A stretch of DNA of 62,994 nucleotides, the filler included, from Reclinomonas americana ATCC 50394 (taxonomy: Eukaryota), in NCBI GenBank assembly GCA_048213135.1. It is 5 parts of 2 records of this genome, joined end to end, with 100 filler letters (N's around TTAATTAATTAA, not from the genome) between each part and the next. Parts side by side here need not be neighbours in the genome. Positions count along the whole stretch, not along the records: positions 26,032 to 29,170 come from PS015663.1; positions 29,271 to 46,997 come from PS015663.1; 3 more parts are not named here. The stretch is one strand, 5' to 3'. Each line of letters starts with the position of its first letter. The stretch's first letter is position 1. Position numbers and translations under genes: made by a program. The notes under the pieces were generated by a model. That model was given only the letters and a program-made list of their open reading frames with translations, was not told where the DNA came from and made no database searches. Shown in pieces: positions 27,520 to 39,568 of the stretch.

Positions 27520-27610
27520 CCAGGTGTCCATCGGTTTGGCATGGACAGTGGCGTGTCCATGGTCCGGACCATGGACAGCGGCAGTCCATCGGTGGCCGTG
27601 TCCATGCCTC
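27520..27610. repeat. GTCCAT/ATGGAC motif cluster with a perfect 24-bp palindrome
   Basis: TGTCCATGGTCCGGACCATGGACA at 27554-27577, plus flanking copies of the hexamer. Confidence 0.85.
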
Positions 27611-27738
27611 GCCAAGCCAACTCGGTCGATTCAGTCGGCTCCAGTCGACCGAAGCGGAAAATTACTTCACTCTCTGCGTGTTTGTGAGCGAAGCCCACGC
27701 ACTCGAGTCGTCTCCCCGCGTGCGCCGCATGTGCCGCA

Positions 27739-28851
27739 ATGACCACCGTCGCCACCACAGTCAGCGAGTGCGTGGAGTCAGGCAAGAGAGAGAGACACAC
27801 ACACACTCTCTCTCCGTCTCTGACACCACCACACTAACACGTCTCCACCGCGCAGCGCCACCACTCTCTCTCAGAGGAGGCGCCTCCACACACGAGAACA
27901 CACACCGCGTCGTCACCAGCAGCGGTGAGACGGCTGTGGAGCGAGTTGTCTGGTGATGATGGCGCGTGTGTGTGCCATGTCGCAACAAAAGTGCCCCGAC
28001 GCGATGCGTTGGATCATCTCTTGTAAGTGCGAGTGTCACGGGGGTGTGTGGGGGTGTGTTTGAGCGAAAGTGTGAGTGTTTGTTGTTGTGTTGAGCACAC
28101 TGTGCGTGTGGGGGTGTTTGCTTTTCCCACGCGGGTTGCTCGCGCGCGGGAAAGTACTTGGAGATTTTTCTGACTGCTCCATCCTCGACTGCAGTGCCCT
28201 CAGAGACAACCATGCAAGGTATGATGGTGGTGGTGATGGCTACGACCATGTGCCATGCCATGTTGGCGCAGCGTTGTTGGATTCTCGGTGGTGCGTCGCC
28301 TGATTGATGATGCCTTTGTCTTGCTTCCTTATTTCCCAATCTCTCTCTCCATCTCTCTCTCTCTCACACACACACACTTCTCCCCTTGCAGTCGCCGCGT
28401 GGTGACTCGATGGCAAGCATGCACAGCCCCTCCACCGTGCTGCAGGTGTGCTGTTGTTGCGCAGTGTGGCCGCTGATGCACTGTTCTCACACTGAGTTCT
28501 TCCGATGACGCGTGCTGTTCTCTCCTCACAGGGCCGCAGCCGCTGTCGTCCACGGCGATGCGACTCAGTACGGCGATGCGACTCAGTTCTGCAGAGCTGC
28601 TTGACGATCTCCAGAAGCATCGATGCAGGTCTGTTTGTGTGAGTGGCATCGCACTGCTGATCCCACTTGCTGACACTCATTGTGCATGACGCACACAGGT
28701 TGTCACCAGATGCATATCGGTGAGTCAGTTCCCATGTGGCATCACTCTGTCTTGTGCTCATCAGAGTGTGAAACAGGCGCACAGGGAGTGCGAGGAGCAC
28801 TGCACCACAGCTTCTGGATCAGGAGGGCAGTCACCTGCTGGACTTGCGCAA
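27739..28851 (+). CDS. Unknown multi-exon gene (partial)
   Basis: A chain of short AG…GT-bounded GC-rich segments (~27856-27923, 28195-28217, 28392-28445, 28532-28628, 28699-28719, 28811-28852, the last reading LLDQEGSHLLDLRK). No homology recognised. Confidence 0.4.
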
Positions 28852-29279
28852 GGTTCGTTGCCTTCTCACTCCACAAGGGCCATTGCACGTAGCGTCTCTC
28901 TCTCATTCACCATTCTGATGAGAGCCTGCGTTGCTGTTGCTCATACATTGCCTTTCTCCTTGTTTCCATTCCATGTCGCCTGCATTCTCTCTGCTTTGTG
29001 CCTGTGCCACTCTGAATCGTCCTTCATCTCTCCCTGGCATGTGCTGTATCTCTGTTGGCCCGCGCTGCACCTGCCTCATGAACTCTGTTGCTTTCTCTGC
29101 CACACGTCGTCGTTCCCTCTCCGCACTCCAACATCTTCCACTCGTTGGCATTCTCACCACGTCAAGTGCCNNNNNNNNNNNNNNNNNNNNNNNNNNNNNN
29201 NNNNNNNNNNNNNNTTAATTAATTAANNNNNNNNNNNNNNNNNNNNNNNNNNNNNNNNNNNNNNNNNNNNCGGGTGCGG

Positions 29280-29615
29280 TATAGAGCATGGACAGATGAT
29301 GGACAGTTGATGGACACTGTATGGTGTTCATGGATGGTCCGACCAGGACCACTTTTGTGGTCTGTGGAGCGGACCGTGGACATGCAGTGTCCGTGGACTG
29401 TCCGTGCCACTGTCCATCAGTGTCCATGGAGAGTCCGTACAGTGTCCATGAAAAAGTCCATGGTCCGCTCCATGTCCATGCATCGGACCATCAAGCGGTC
29501 TTGAATAGTGTGGTCCGGCTCCATGGACTGATGTATGGAGACTCCATGCATTGTCCATGAAATGTCCATGGTCGCCGGGAATCGTTCTGTCAGGGTCCGC
29601 GCGGATCCGGACGGA
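29280..29615. repeat. Dense GTCCAT/ATGGAC/TCCATGGA motif array with a fold-back arrangement
   Basis: More than 15 variants of the motif in ~330 bp. ATGGAC predominates on the left and GTCCAT on the right. Confidence 0.8.
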
Positions 29616-29817
29616 GGACGACTTCCAGTGCAATTGTGGCGATTAAACACGTTGAGCTCTATTGTGGACGACTATCTACTGCATAGGTCGCTTCGTATTA
29701 TGGTGGAGCGCTCATCGTGGGTGGCGAGAGCGACAGTCGCGGGACGAACCGAACAATCGCAAAAAGCTCATTTTCAGCTATTTTCAATTCGACCATTTTT
29801 TCGACTTCTGTGGAGCC

Positions 29818-31410
29818 ATGATCCCCACGCTGGTACAGCGGCTGATTCGCACTTCGCTGCTGCCGCTGGAGGGTGCGCATCGACCGGCAGGCCTGGGGCC
29901 GCTGGAGGCTGTTCGCATCGCCTACACCGACCCTTCGAACGCCCGCACTCTGGTGGGCACCATGGAGAACTGTTTCGCCGTGGGTGTTGAGAAGAACGGC
30001 GTGCACATTGTGCGCGCCTCTGAAGACATCAATGGCAACCTGCTGGTCAGCACCGTCGGCACTGTGACCGTCATCAATCCCGATTCAGGGCTCGCCGAGC
30101 AAAAAATAGCCGCGTTGCGATATCTCGAAAAGAGCCACCTGCTGGTCATCGGCGTCAAGAGTCCGCCTGCTGTGTACGTTGCGCGCCTGACCACCCCGTC
30201 TTCTATCGGGAGCAACTTGGGCACGGTGTCTGCAAAGAGAGTCATTTCGTGCGCCGATCTTTCCGAGTGGAGCAACCACGCCAGTCTGCAGACTCTGGAC
30301 GCCGTGGTGGACGACGACGGAGACGGATGCTGTGTGTTTGTCGGTGGAGCGTGCGAGTACGAGTACAAGCAGAACACAGACTGCAGCATCACCGAAGAGG
30401 CGGGCACAGTCACCGATGTGATCGCCTGCGTTCATCGGGCACGACCTGTCGCCACGCTCGGTCCAGTGGCACCCATGATTGCTTTCGCCCTTCGTGAGGC
30501 TCCCACCAGCAATCCCGCCAGGCGCAAAGTGCCGACGCTGCAAAAAGGCTGCAAGTGGCTCTTCCCGAGTCCGTGGTCGCAGCAGCCAGCGCCTTCGAAA
30601 TCACCGAGATCATGCACGACCGGGTCCGTCTTTTACTACTTGACATGCCGCGGCCTTGGAGTGTGCCCCACCGATCGCCGCGTCCTCGCCTCGCTGGCGT
30701 TCTACAGCAGCAATCGAGTCAGTCATGGAGCTGACATGCACGATGGCTTCGTGCAATTCTGGGACATCACCCCTGTTCGCGAGCGAAACACTCAAGTCCG
30801 GTCGTGTGGCGAGATTCGAGTCAGTGCGAATTCCATGGTCCTGCACTTCCCCGTTCCGGACACCACCATGCTGCCGCCGAACGACTATGTGCAGCTCGGT
30901 TCGCTTGTGTGGACTGACGACGGCAGTCAACTTCTGTTCAGTGTTGCCACCGTCAACTACTTTACGCATGTGGTAGCTGTGCAAGTAGTCGAGCTCGAGC
31001 ATGATCCGCCGCAGCTGGAGATGCAGTGCAATGAGGCGGCCCGGCTCAACCACAATGTCGTGCCCCATAGCGGCAACATCGTGGCCACAGCGTTGGCTTG
31101 CCTGCCAGTGTCGTCGTCCGTCGTGCAATCGCCAGTTCGCGGTTACATTCCGTGCGCTGGCGCGCAAGATGGACGCGTGTGCTGGTGGGACTCGCCGTCC
31201 ACTGCAGTGCAGTCGTCGACAAGTCTGGAGCCGCCAGTCGCCATCCACACGACTAGCAACACCGGTGGTCATGCCACTCCTGTCACCGGCGTCGCGTTCA
31301 ATCTACCAGCGCACGCCGGTGATGCGCCGCGCTTCCTGCTCTCGTGTGCCTCTGGTCTGGACGGTACGCTTGTGGTGCGGCGACTGCGCGATCTCAATGC
31401 GCAACCGTAA
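29818..31410 (+). CDS. Intronless ~530-aa protein with WD40-like beta-propeller repeats
   Basis: Uninterrupted ORF containing DGFVQFWDI, GAQDGRVCWWD and GHATPVTGVAFN…SGLDGTLVVRRL. Confidence 0.7.
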   Translation: MIPTLVQRLIRTSLLPLEGAHRPAGLGPLEAVRIAYTDPSNARTLVGTMENCFAVGVEKNGVHIVRASEDINGNLLVSTVGTVTVINPDSGLAEQKIAALRYLEKSHLLVIGVKSPPAVYVARLTTPSSIGSNLGTVSAKRVISCADLSEWSNHASLQTLDAVVDDDGDGCCVFVGGACEYEYKQNTDCSITEEAGTVTDVIACVHRARPVATLGPVAPMIAFALREAPTSNPARRKVPTLQKGCKWLFPSPWSQQPAPSKSPRSCTTGSVFYYLTCRGLGVCPTDRRVLASLAFYSSNRVSHGADMHDGFVQFWDITPVRERNTQVRSCGEIRVSANSMVLHFPVPDTTMLPPNDYVQLGSLVWTDDGSQLLFSVATVNYFTHVVAVQVVELEHDPPQLEMQCNEAARLNHNVVPHSGNIVATALACLPVSSSVVQSPVRGYIPCAGAQDGRVCWWDSPSTAVQSSTSLEPPVAIHTTSNTGGHATPVTGVAFNLPAHAGDAPRFLLSCASGLDGTLVVRRLRDLNAQP

Positions 31411-32025
31411 CGAGCTGAGCGTCGACGTCGCCGTAGATATTGATGCGTAAGAGCTCTGTACAGAGAAAGGTGAGACAATAGTAGTGTACATCATGCACAT
31501 ATTGTCACACAGTCGTCGTTGGCAGGCGGGAAGGAGGCACAACAGCCGCCAGCATTCGTGTCGCGTCGCCCATAACAAAACACCTGGTTGTCACACCAAA
31601 CAAGCATCGCCACCAGCAACTGTGATTAAAGGTTGTGGCAGCCGATGACCCTGCGGTGGCACAGCGCGTGACCTAGACCTCGGCCCTAGGGGAGAGGAGA
31701 GTTGCGAACGCTCAGTCGAGGACATGTACACCCTGACGATTGTGTCCTCTCCTTTCGGTTCGCATCTGTTGGCTTCCTCTCTTCGGAGAGCAAGCCATCT
31801 GGTCGGTACTCTACTGTGGTGATCTGAACACAACCGCGACCACTGCCCACCCAGCTTCGCTAGACAATCCGACACCTCCACGCAGCTTCTCCACGCTCAC
31901 TCCCGGTGCCTCACCTACCGTCACATAACACATCCACAGCGTGCAAATCCACCACACACACACATTCAACACCCAGTGCGTGTGTCAACAATACAACATT
32001 TTTCATGATCAATCCCTCTCCTCAT

Positions 32026-34394
32026 TCAGCTGCTGCTCGGTGGTGGCGCCGGCTCGGCACACGCCACCGACTCGCCCGAGAACTGCTTCCACAAGATCTC
32101 CATCTCCCCCACCTCCTTGATGTGATGCACGGCCACGACGCCTTGCTTCAGCTGATCGCCGCCGTACACATCAAAGCCGGTAAAGGGCAGGTCGTACACG
32201 ATCTTGCCGTTGTTGTTGTAGAGGTAGCCGCCGAGGCGGACCTTGACGCAGTACGACAGGATGTGGTCGCCCTGCACGCACAGACACACAGAGTGTGAGA
32301 GAGAGGGAAAAGACGAAGACGACGACGACCTCGGAAAGGCGCAACATTGTACGGCGCACGCGGTTCCACACTGGGGAAATACTGATTGTGCCGGCGCTGC
32401 ATGTCCTCCAGATCCACATTGCACGACAGGATGGTGCCGTGGCGCACCAACTCACGCATTGCCGCCCCCGAGAACATGTATGTGCCGCCGTACACGATGC
32501 CCAGCAGCTCCCCCGAGAGCCACACGTCGGTGCCCACTGAGTACAGAAACAATATCAGCGCAAAAAAAATCGGACGCATGGCCAGGAGCACGCACGCGCA
32601 CCATCAATCATCGCCTTCTCCGTCTCCCACAGCAGCTGGAGCATGCCCTCCGGCTGCAGCACCATGTCGTCGTCCAGGATCAAGTAGAAGCGCTTGTCGG
32701 GGAAGGCGCGCCACAAATCAATGGGCGCAAACTGCATCTTGCGCTGTCCGGTGCTCTTGTTGGCGCGAAAAGGACACCCGGAGATCTTCTGAATGCCGAG
32801 CTCGGGCACGTCGCGATCCGACAGCACCACATGATGCGGAAACGAGCGCAGAAACGTGCGCTGCTGACACGCCACGCGCACCGTGTCCTGAAAGCGATGC
32901 GACACAATCGCCACGCCCACGTCGTCAAACGAGGGAGCGCGAGTGCGTGCACGCTCCACGTACGTTCCCCACGCGGGTGTAGGGCTGTAGACGTTGGAGC
33001 TGTGGAGTGGGCGGGAAGTGAGAAGAGTGTGAAGGCGGGTCCAGATATCGATGGGAGAGGGTGAAGGTGAAGGGGGAAGGGGAGGGAGGGAGAGAGGGAG
33101 AGAGGGTGATGGGAGAAAGAGAAAGTGCGTGAGTCTGTCTGAGTGTAGACTGTGAAAGTAGTATCTGTGCGCAGCCGTGTGTCCAGTGCCGATATCAAAG
33201 GGCAGAGACACACGAGGGAGGGGGGGGGGGGGGGGGGGGGGAGAAGGAGGCAGGGGAGGGANNNNNNNNNNNNNNNNNNNNAAAGAGAAAGTGCGTGTGC
33301 CAGTCTGAGAACTGTATTCGTGCGCAGCCATCTGTGTTCAGCGTCGATATCGATGGGCAGAGACACACAGAGAGGGGGGAGAGGGCGAAGGAGGCAGGGA
33401 GGGAGAGTGTGTGTGAGAGAGAGTGAAGGGAGAAAGAGAAAGAGAAAGTGCGTGAGGCTGTCTGAGTATTGCATGTCAGCGTGGTATCTGTGCGCAGCCG
33501 TGTTTCCAGTGCCGATATCGATGGACGGACACACAGAGAGGGGGAGAGGGTGAAGGAGGCAGGGAGGGAGAGAGTGTGAGAGAGAGAGAGGGTGAAGGGA
33601 GAAAGAGAAAGAAAAAGTGTCCGTTTGTCTGAGTATTGAACGTCGTGTCTGTCTGCTTCTCCGTCTGTGCGCAGCCGTGTGTGTCCAGTGCCGATATCGA
33701 AGGGCAGACACAGAGAGGAAGGGAGAGGGTGAAGGGTGAAGGAGAGAAAGGAAGAAGGGAGAGAAGGGAGAGAGAGAGAGTGCGTCTGAATATTGAATGT
33801 TCTGCCTCTGTCTGTCTGCGTGCATCTGTGCGCAGCCGTGTGTGTCCAGTGGTGATATCGATAGGCAGACACAGAGAGGAGGGGAGGAGAGAGAGGTCAA
33901 AGGAGAGAGAGCAAGGAAAAAGACAGACAGAGACAAAGAGAGCGAGAAAGAGCGACAGAGAGAGAAAGAGAGATTCTCAGTGTCTGCCTGTCTGTCTGTC
34001 TGTCTGTCTGCGTGTGCGTCTGTGTGTCTGTGTGTCAGTGTGTGTGTCAATGAGTGTGCGCGCGCTTACTCAACTCTTTCAACCGTCTCGGTCCAAACAA
34101 CGCCTCGACCGCTGCATCCCACCACGACAGATGCGGCAATCGCCTATGCGCATGCTGTGACTCACGCTCACACTCCAACGCTGCACCACCACCACCAGTC
34201 ACTCTCTCACTCTCATCATCAATGAGAAAAGGGCGCGTCAAGTGCGCGGCCGTGACTGTGAGCGCGTTGTTGTTGTGCTCGCGAGAGACGACGAGTGTGG
34301 TGATGGCGATGGCGATGAGAATGGCGGCGGGGAGGAGCAAGAGGCAGAGGAATGTGCGAAGGATGAACCGCCATCGCGTTGCCGCCACTGCCAT
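32026..34394 (-). CDS. Type II membrane glycosyltransferase, GT31 (Fringe/galactosyltransferase-like)
   Basis: N-terminal TM (FILRTFLCLLLLPAAILIAIAITTLVV), FPDKRFYLILDDD (DxD motif), YGGTYMFSGAAM, N|GDHILSYC and AVHHIK; four exons. Confidence 0.75.
33040..33880. repeat. Intronic tandem array of ~160-175 bp units (5 copies plus a partial)
   Basis: CTGTGCGCAGCCGTGT…CCAGTGCCGATATC…GGGCAGA at ~33165, 33320, 33487, 33665 and 33825. Confidence 0.85.
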
Positions 34395-34616
34395 TTGTGA
34401 TTGATTGTTTTTTCGAAAATTCTCGCGCGAATATTCGTGCTGGAATATGCGTGATTGCCTTTTTGGGTGAGTGGGTGAAGGAGGAGGCGGAGGAGAAGGG
34501 GGAGGGGAGGAGAGGGAAGGGAGAGGGGAAGGGAGGGGAGAAAAGAGAGAGAGAGATACACACAGAGAGAAAAGAGAGAGAGAGAAGAGAGAGTGAGTAT
34601 GTGTGAGCGTGTATGC

Positions 34617-34658
<42 letters not shown>

Positions 34659-34952
34659 TCTAGAGATCAAGAGAGAGAAAGGCAGAGAGACGGATGAGTG
34701 TGTGAGAAAGAGAGAAAGAGAAGCGCAAGAGGTGAGCGACTAAAACAGGAGAGAACGTGAGTCCCCGCGCGCGCGCCCTCGACGTCGATCATCTTTGGAC
34801 TGCATGAACACTTCTTCCACATCCCTCGCTTGGTTTGCGCAAAGAGTGTGGATATTGCAGTGCATGCAGTGTGATACGGTGGCACCGGCGACAGGAAGTT
34901 TGCTGTCCGCCAAAATGCATCGTCCTTCTTGTTGTCCGACAGGCGAGTCGTC

Positions 34953-37900
34953 ATGCGTCGGAGCGGAGGTCGTGCGCGGACTTTCGAGGAGGTCGTGCAA
35001 CAGTACGATGAGGCCTTGCAGTATTTTGACAGTGGTGATTATGCGACTGCGGCAACCCTCCTCGCTCGCTGCATGCGTGACTTTGAGGACTTGCGCGGCC
35101 TTGATGACGATGCATGGACTCTTGCGTGTGCACACAACTACGCGAATGCTCTCTTGAGTTCGGAAGATGCACAGAGCGCGTTGCTGGTGTACGAGGATGT
35201 GCTGGAGAGGAGGAAGCGCGTGTTGGGTGCGACTCACAAGGCGACATTGATTTCGGCTTCCTGCATGGGCAATGCGCTGAGGCGGCTCGGGCGGCATCGC
35301 GAGGCCATTGCATTGCTGCGCGACACGGCAGAGAAGCAAGAGCGCTATGGGGCCAAGGAGGACGTCAAGGATGTGTTGGCAACGTTGCATCGCTTGGCAC
35401 AGGCGCTCGATAAAAACAAGGAATATGAGGAATCGATCCGGATTTCACGTGACGTTGTGCGCCGGAGACGTGAAGTGCTGGGCGAGGATCACCCCTCGAC
35501 GCTGACGAGCATGTATAACATGGCAGTGACGCTGGCCGACGCAGGCGGTTTGGCCAGTCTGGAGGAGGCGTTGGAGATCTTTGAGGAGGTGTTGCCACTC
35601 CGTCGCCGCTTGCTGGGACCGGACCACGAACACACCAAGAACACGGCTGCCAGCATCACCTACACCCGAGCAGCCATTGCGACACTCCGCAAGGCTTCTT
35701 CGACGACTTCCCCATCTGGTACGTCAGTGATGCACTCTTTTATTCCTCCTCCACACTCTTGTTGTTCATCCGCAACTGCAGCTTCCTCTGCTTCTGCATC
35801 GGCTCCACCACCAGTGCGTTCTCCGGTGAGACAAACCTGACAAGTGCCGATGCTTACCCAACACTGACCTCTCTGTGCACCAACCAGGCAGCCAGGGAAC
35901 TCGGCCCGGGAACAGCAGCAGGAGGCAGCAAACGCACAACTTCAACGTAATCTGGTCGAACAGCAGCGCCTCGTGCAGCAACAGACGCAGGAGTTGACCA
36001 CGCTTCGCAGCCAGCAGTCACAATCGCAGGCCACCATCTCCCAGCTGCAGCGAGAACTGGCGCAACAACGGACGACGACGCAGCAGCACGAAGGAACCAT
36101 CGCGCAATTGCGGCGCGAGGTGGAAGAGCAACAGTCAGCGGTCCGCGAGCGGACTGCCCAAGTGGATGCATCGCAGCAGCAAGTGCAGCGACGCGATGCC
36201 ACCATCACTCAACTGCAGCGTGAGAAGAACAATCAGCAAGCCACTATCCGCCAGCGGATTGCCCAGGTGGAGGCAGCACAGCACCAGGCGCAGCAACACG
36301 AGGTCAGCATCGCGCAACTGCGGCGCGAGGCAGAGACGCAGCAAGCCACGATCCGCGAGCAGACTGCTCAGGTGGAGGCAGCACAGCAGCTGGTGCAGCA
36401 ACACGAAACTACCATCGCGCAATTGCGGCGCGAGGCGGAGGAGCAGTTACAGCGAGTCGGGCAGTTGACCGCTCAACTGGATGCAGTACAAGAGGCCGGT
36501 CGCGCAAGTGCAGCGAATGTTGCACGCCTGCAGCAGGAGCTGGAGGAGCAGAGGGCGCATGGGGAGCTGCAGCAAGAGGCCGCGATGCAGCTCCTGCGCG
36601 AGGAATGTGCGGCTCTTCGCGTCTCCCTGGAGCGAATGGACGAGCAGCGACAGCAAGAGTACGACCGAGCGCAACGACTGGCCGCTGATTTGGCCGCCGC
36701 GCAGCACGAGCTCAACCACCGCGGTGAGCATGAGTGAGTGTGTGGCGACGACTGCACATGCACTGCCCCACTAACCAGCGTTTTGCAGTTCCGCTCACGG
36801 CCTTTACCTGGGAGCAAGTTGGCGCCATCACATATGGCTTTGCTCGTCGTCTTGGCACGGGTGGACAGGGAAGCGTATTTTCTGGCACGTGGAAGGAGCA
36901 GCAGGTGGCTGTGAAGGTGTTCAACAGCGATGCGCCGTGGTGCATTGAGTCGTTCTCCAATGAGGTGAGAGTATTCGTGTGGGGAGACGCGGTGATCATC
37001 GCATTGTGTTGATAATTGTTTGTGCGGTACAGTTGGAGAAACTGAAGAGTGTGACGGTGCCCGGTGTGGTGCGCATGATTGGTTTCGCCGAGTCGGACCG
37101 CGGAGAAAAGTGCATTGTGCTGGAGGCCATGAGGTTGGTGGAGATCGAATTCTCTTGTTGCATGCAATTCTCCTGGCTCGTTTGTTGCTGATGCGCCATT
37201 CTTCTCTTGATCATTCTCAAGCGAGCACAACCTCGAGCACCGGTTGTTGGAGTATCAAGCACTCGGATTGCCCGTCATGGCCATCGAGGAACGGATGTCA
37301 TGCCTGCTTCGATGCTCGGAGATCGTGGCGGCGCTGCACAGGTGAGGCAGCGAGTGAAGTGGGAAGTCAGGTACATGTGGTCGTGTCTCATCGTCTCTTC
37401 TTGTTGTGCGCAGGATGGTTTGTGTCGCTGTCGTGCAACTTGTTGACGTCGTTTCTCACTCCCCTTCCCTCTCACTTTCTGTTCTCTCCTTCCCTCAGAA
37501 TGGTGAGTCTCTGTGCGCTCGGTTGTGAGTGGTGTGAGCTCGTTTATTCACCATGATTCGCAGTCATTCACCGCGACTTGAAGCCCGCCAACATCCTGTT
37601 TGACGAACGCGGCCAGGCATGCATCTCAGACCTGGGAATCGCGCACTGGTTCCGCACTGGCGGGGTGAGTCTCCTTTCCCATCCCTCGCCTTCCCACCGA
37701 TAATGTTCTCATGAGTGCACGTGTGGCGACAAGCAGACACACCTGTCGGTGCAGTTCGCCGGCGACCACGACTATGCTGATCCACAGGCACTGCGTGGCA
37801 TTCTGCGCCCCAGTACCGACGTATACTGCCTCGGATTCATCCTGCTGCAACTGTTCTCCGGTCAGCCAATTGCCGAGGTACACAAGTGGATCGAGGGAAT

Positions 37901-38387
37901 GGTGGAGGACGACGACGTGGCGAGACTCGATGAGGCCGCTGTGCTACTGGCCGACACCGCGGTCGGTCGGGGATGGCCCACGTCTGTCAATCGCCGTCTT
38001 GTGCGCTTGGCCATGCGGTGAGTAGTAAGCATCAGCCCCGTGCATGTTTGCACTGCGTATGTTGTCCCTCATGACTCAAGAAACAGCTGTGTCGACTATC
38101 GCCCCAATCGCCGCCCGAGTGCCGACGAACTGGTGACCGAGATGCGCGATCTCGCTGCGTTGTCGTGCCGTCGCGCGTGTGTTCTCTGTTACGATGTGCG
38201 CGACACTCGACTGCGTCCGTGCGGCCACGAGGTGTTGTGCCGCAACTGCGCGCAGCAAGTGGTCGAACGACGTGGCGAGTGTCCACTCTGTCGCACCTCG
38301 GTCACTCGCTTCGACTCGGGAGACGAATACGGATATCACACGATTGTGCTGGCGCCACTGTCGGCTGCGGCAGCTGTGAGCCCGTGA
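34953..38387 (+). CDS. TPR - coiled coil - RLK/Pelle(IRAK)-like Ser/Thr kinase - C3HC4 RING protein, copy 1
   Basis: Exons 34953-35718, 35782-35825, 35892-36723, 36789-36964, 37033-37133, 37222-37341, 37414-37417, 37499-37502, 37564-37664, 37734-38017 and 38087-38387 splice in frame. Motifs: [16 protein letters not shown] (42-aa TPR type), [35 protein letters not shown]…PCGH…CRNC…CPLCR. Confidence 0.9.
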
Positions 38388-39568
38388 TGACTGTTGGCAA
38401 GTGCAAAACATGTAATGACAGATTTCATCTGGCAAGTATCTCTCTTTCTATCTCTTGCCGCACCGCGTGCAGCTGTTAGAGGGAGTCTCAGACTGGCTGC
38501 AGGTGGCACCACTGTAGCTGCCGCAGCAGTTGCCGTTGCCAAGGTGAGTGCCAGCGGCCACGGCCGGGTAGTTGTTGCAGGGGTAGTGTGGCACTGGCAA
38601 GTCAGATCGGCCTCCGATTATGTGCACAAGAATGGGAGAGAGGGAAATAGAAGGGAGAGAGTGAGGAGCGATCAAGCAAGAAGCTGTGGGGCTGTAGCGA
38701 TGGAGATGATCAGTATCTCTTTCTCTCTTCATCGCTCATTCTCTCTCCTCTGTCACTTTCTCTTCGGCCCTCAATCACCTTGCAAAGAGCGATCGAAAAT
38801 AGGGAGTGCGCAGGTACAGAGACTGCGTTACAGTGCGAGGGGAACTGAGTGAGAGGTAGTGACTTTGGCGAGTGAAGATTGCAGTGCGTGCGAGAGGAAC
38901 ACGATCGTGAGGTGCGAACGAGGAGACTGAGCGCATGCGAGAGAAAAGACGTTCACGAGACGTTATGGTCGATCGATGAAGACTCCCTCTGCTCTACTCC
39001 ACAGATTTCCCTTTCTCGATTCAGCGATCGAAAGAGACTTGCATGCAGAGAGCACACACTCAAGACACTGTGGTGCACGTGATGTGCGAGATCGTGAGCA
39101 TCGAGGGAGACGAACGCGCGACGGTAACTGATCGCCGGTGAGATATGAGCAAGCAACCAGGCAAGAGTGTGAGAGCGAGTTTCTGTGGTGGTAAAGGATG
39201 ATGGCGAGTGGGTGTTGTAACGTGTTCGCGGCGATCTGGCAAGAACAGGATCTCGAACATATTTGTTATGGCACATGGAGGGAGGAAAGACCGACGGCAA
39301 CTGTTTCGATAATATCCATGCATTGCATAGAAGGGGAGCGACGTCGCTTGCTGTCTCAACGAAGCGACGTGAGCAGACTCGCCCTCGACGTTGATGGTCT
39401 TGCATTGGACTGCACAAACACTTCTTCCACATAGCTCGCGTGATCTGCGCAAAGAGTGTGGATATTGCAGTGCATGCAGTGTGTAATAAGGGGGCAACAA
39501 CCACAGGAAGTTGGTGCTGTCCGCCAGAATGCATCGTCCTCATGTTGTTGTCCGACTGTCGAGTCGTC

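Noticed and set aside
27600..27790. Minus-strand HSLTVVATVVIAA…ELAWRG as the missing PTDSS N-terminus
   Set aside because: The resemblance is weak, there is no AG acceptor, it lies across an artificial linker, and plus-strand exon structure explains the region better.
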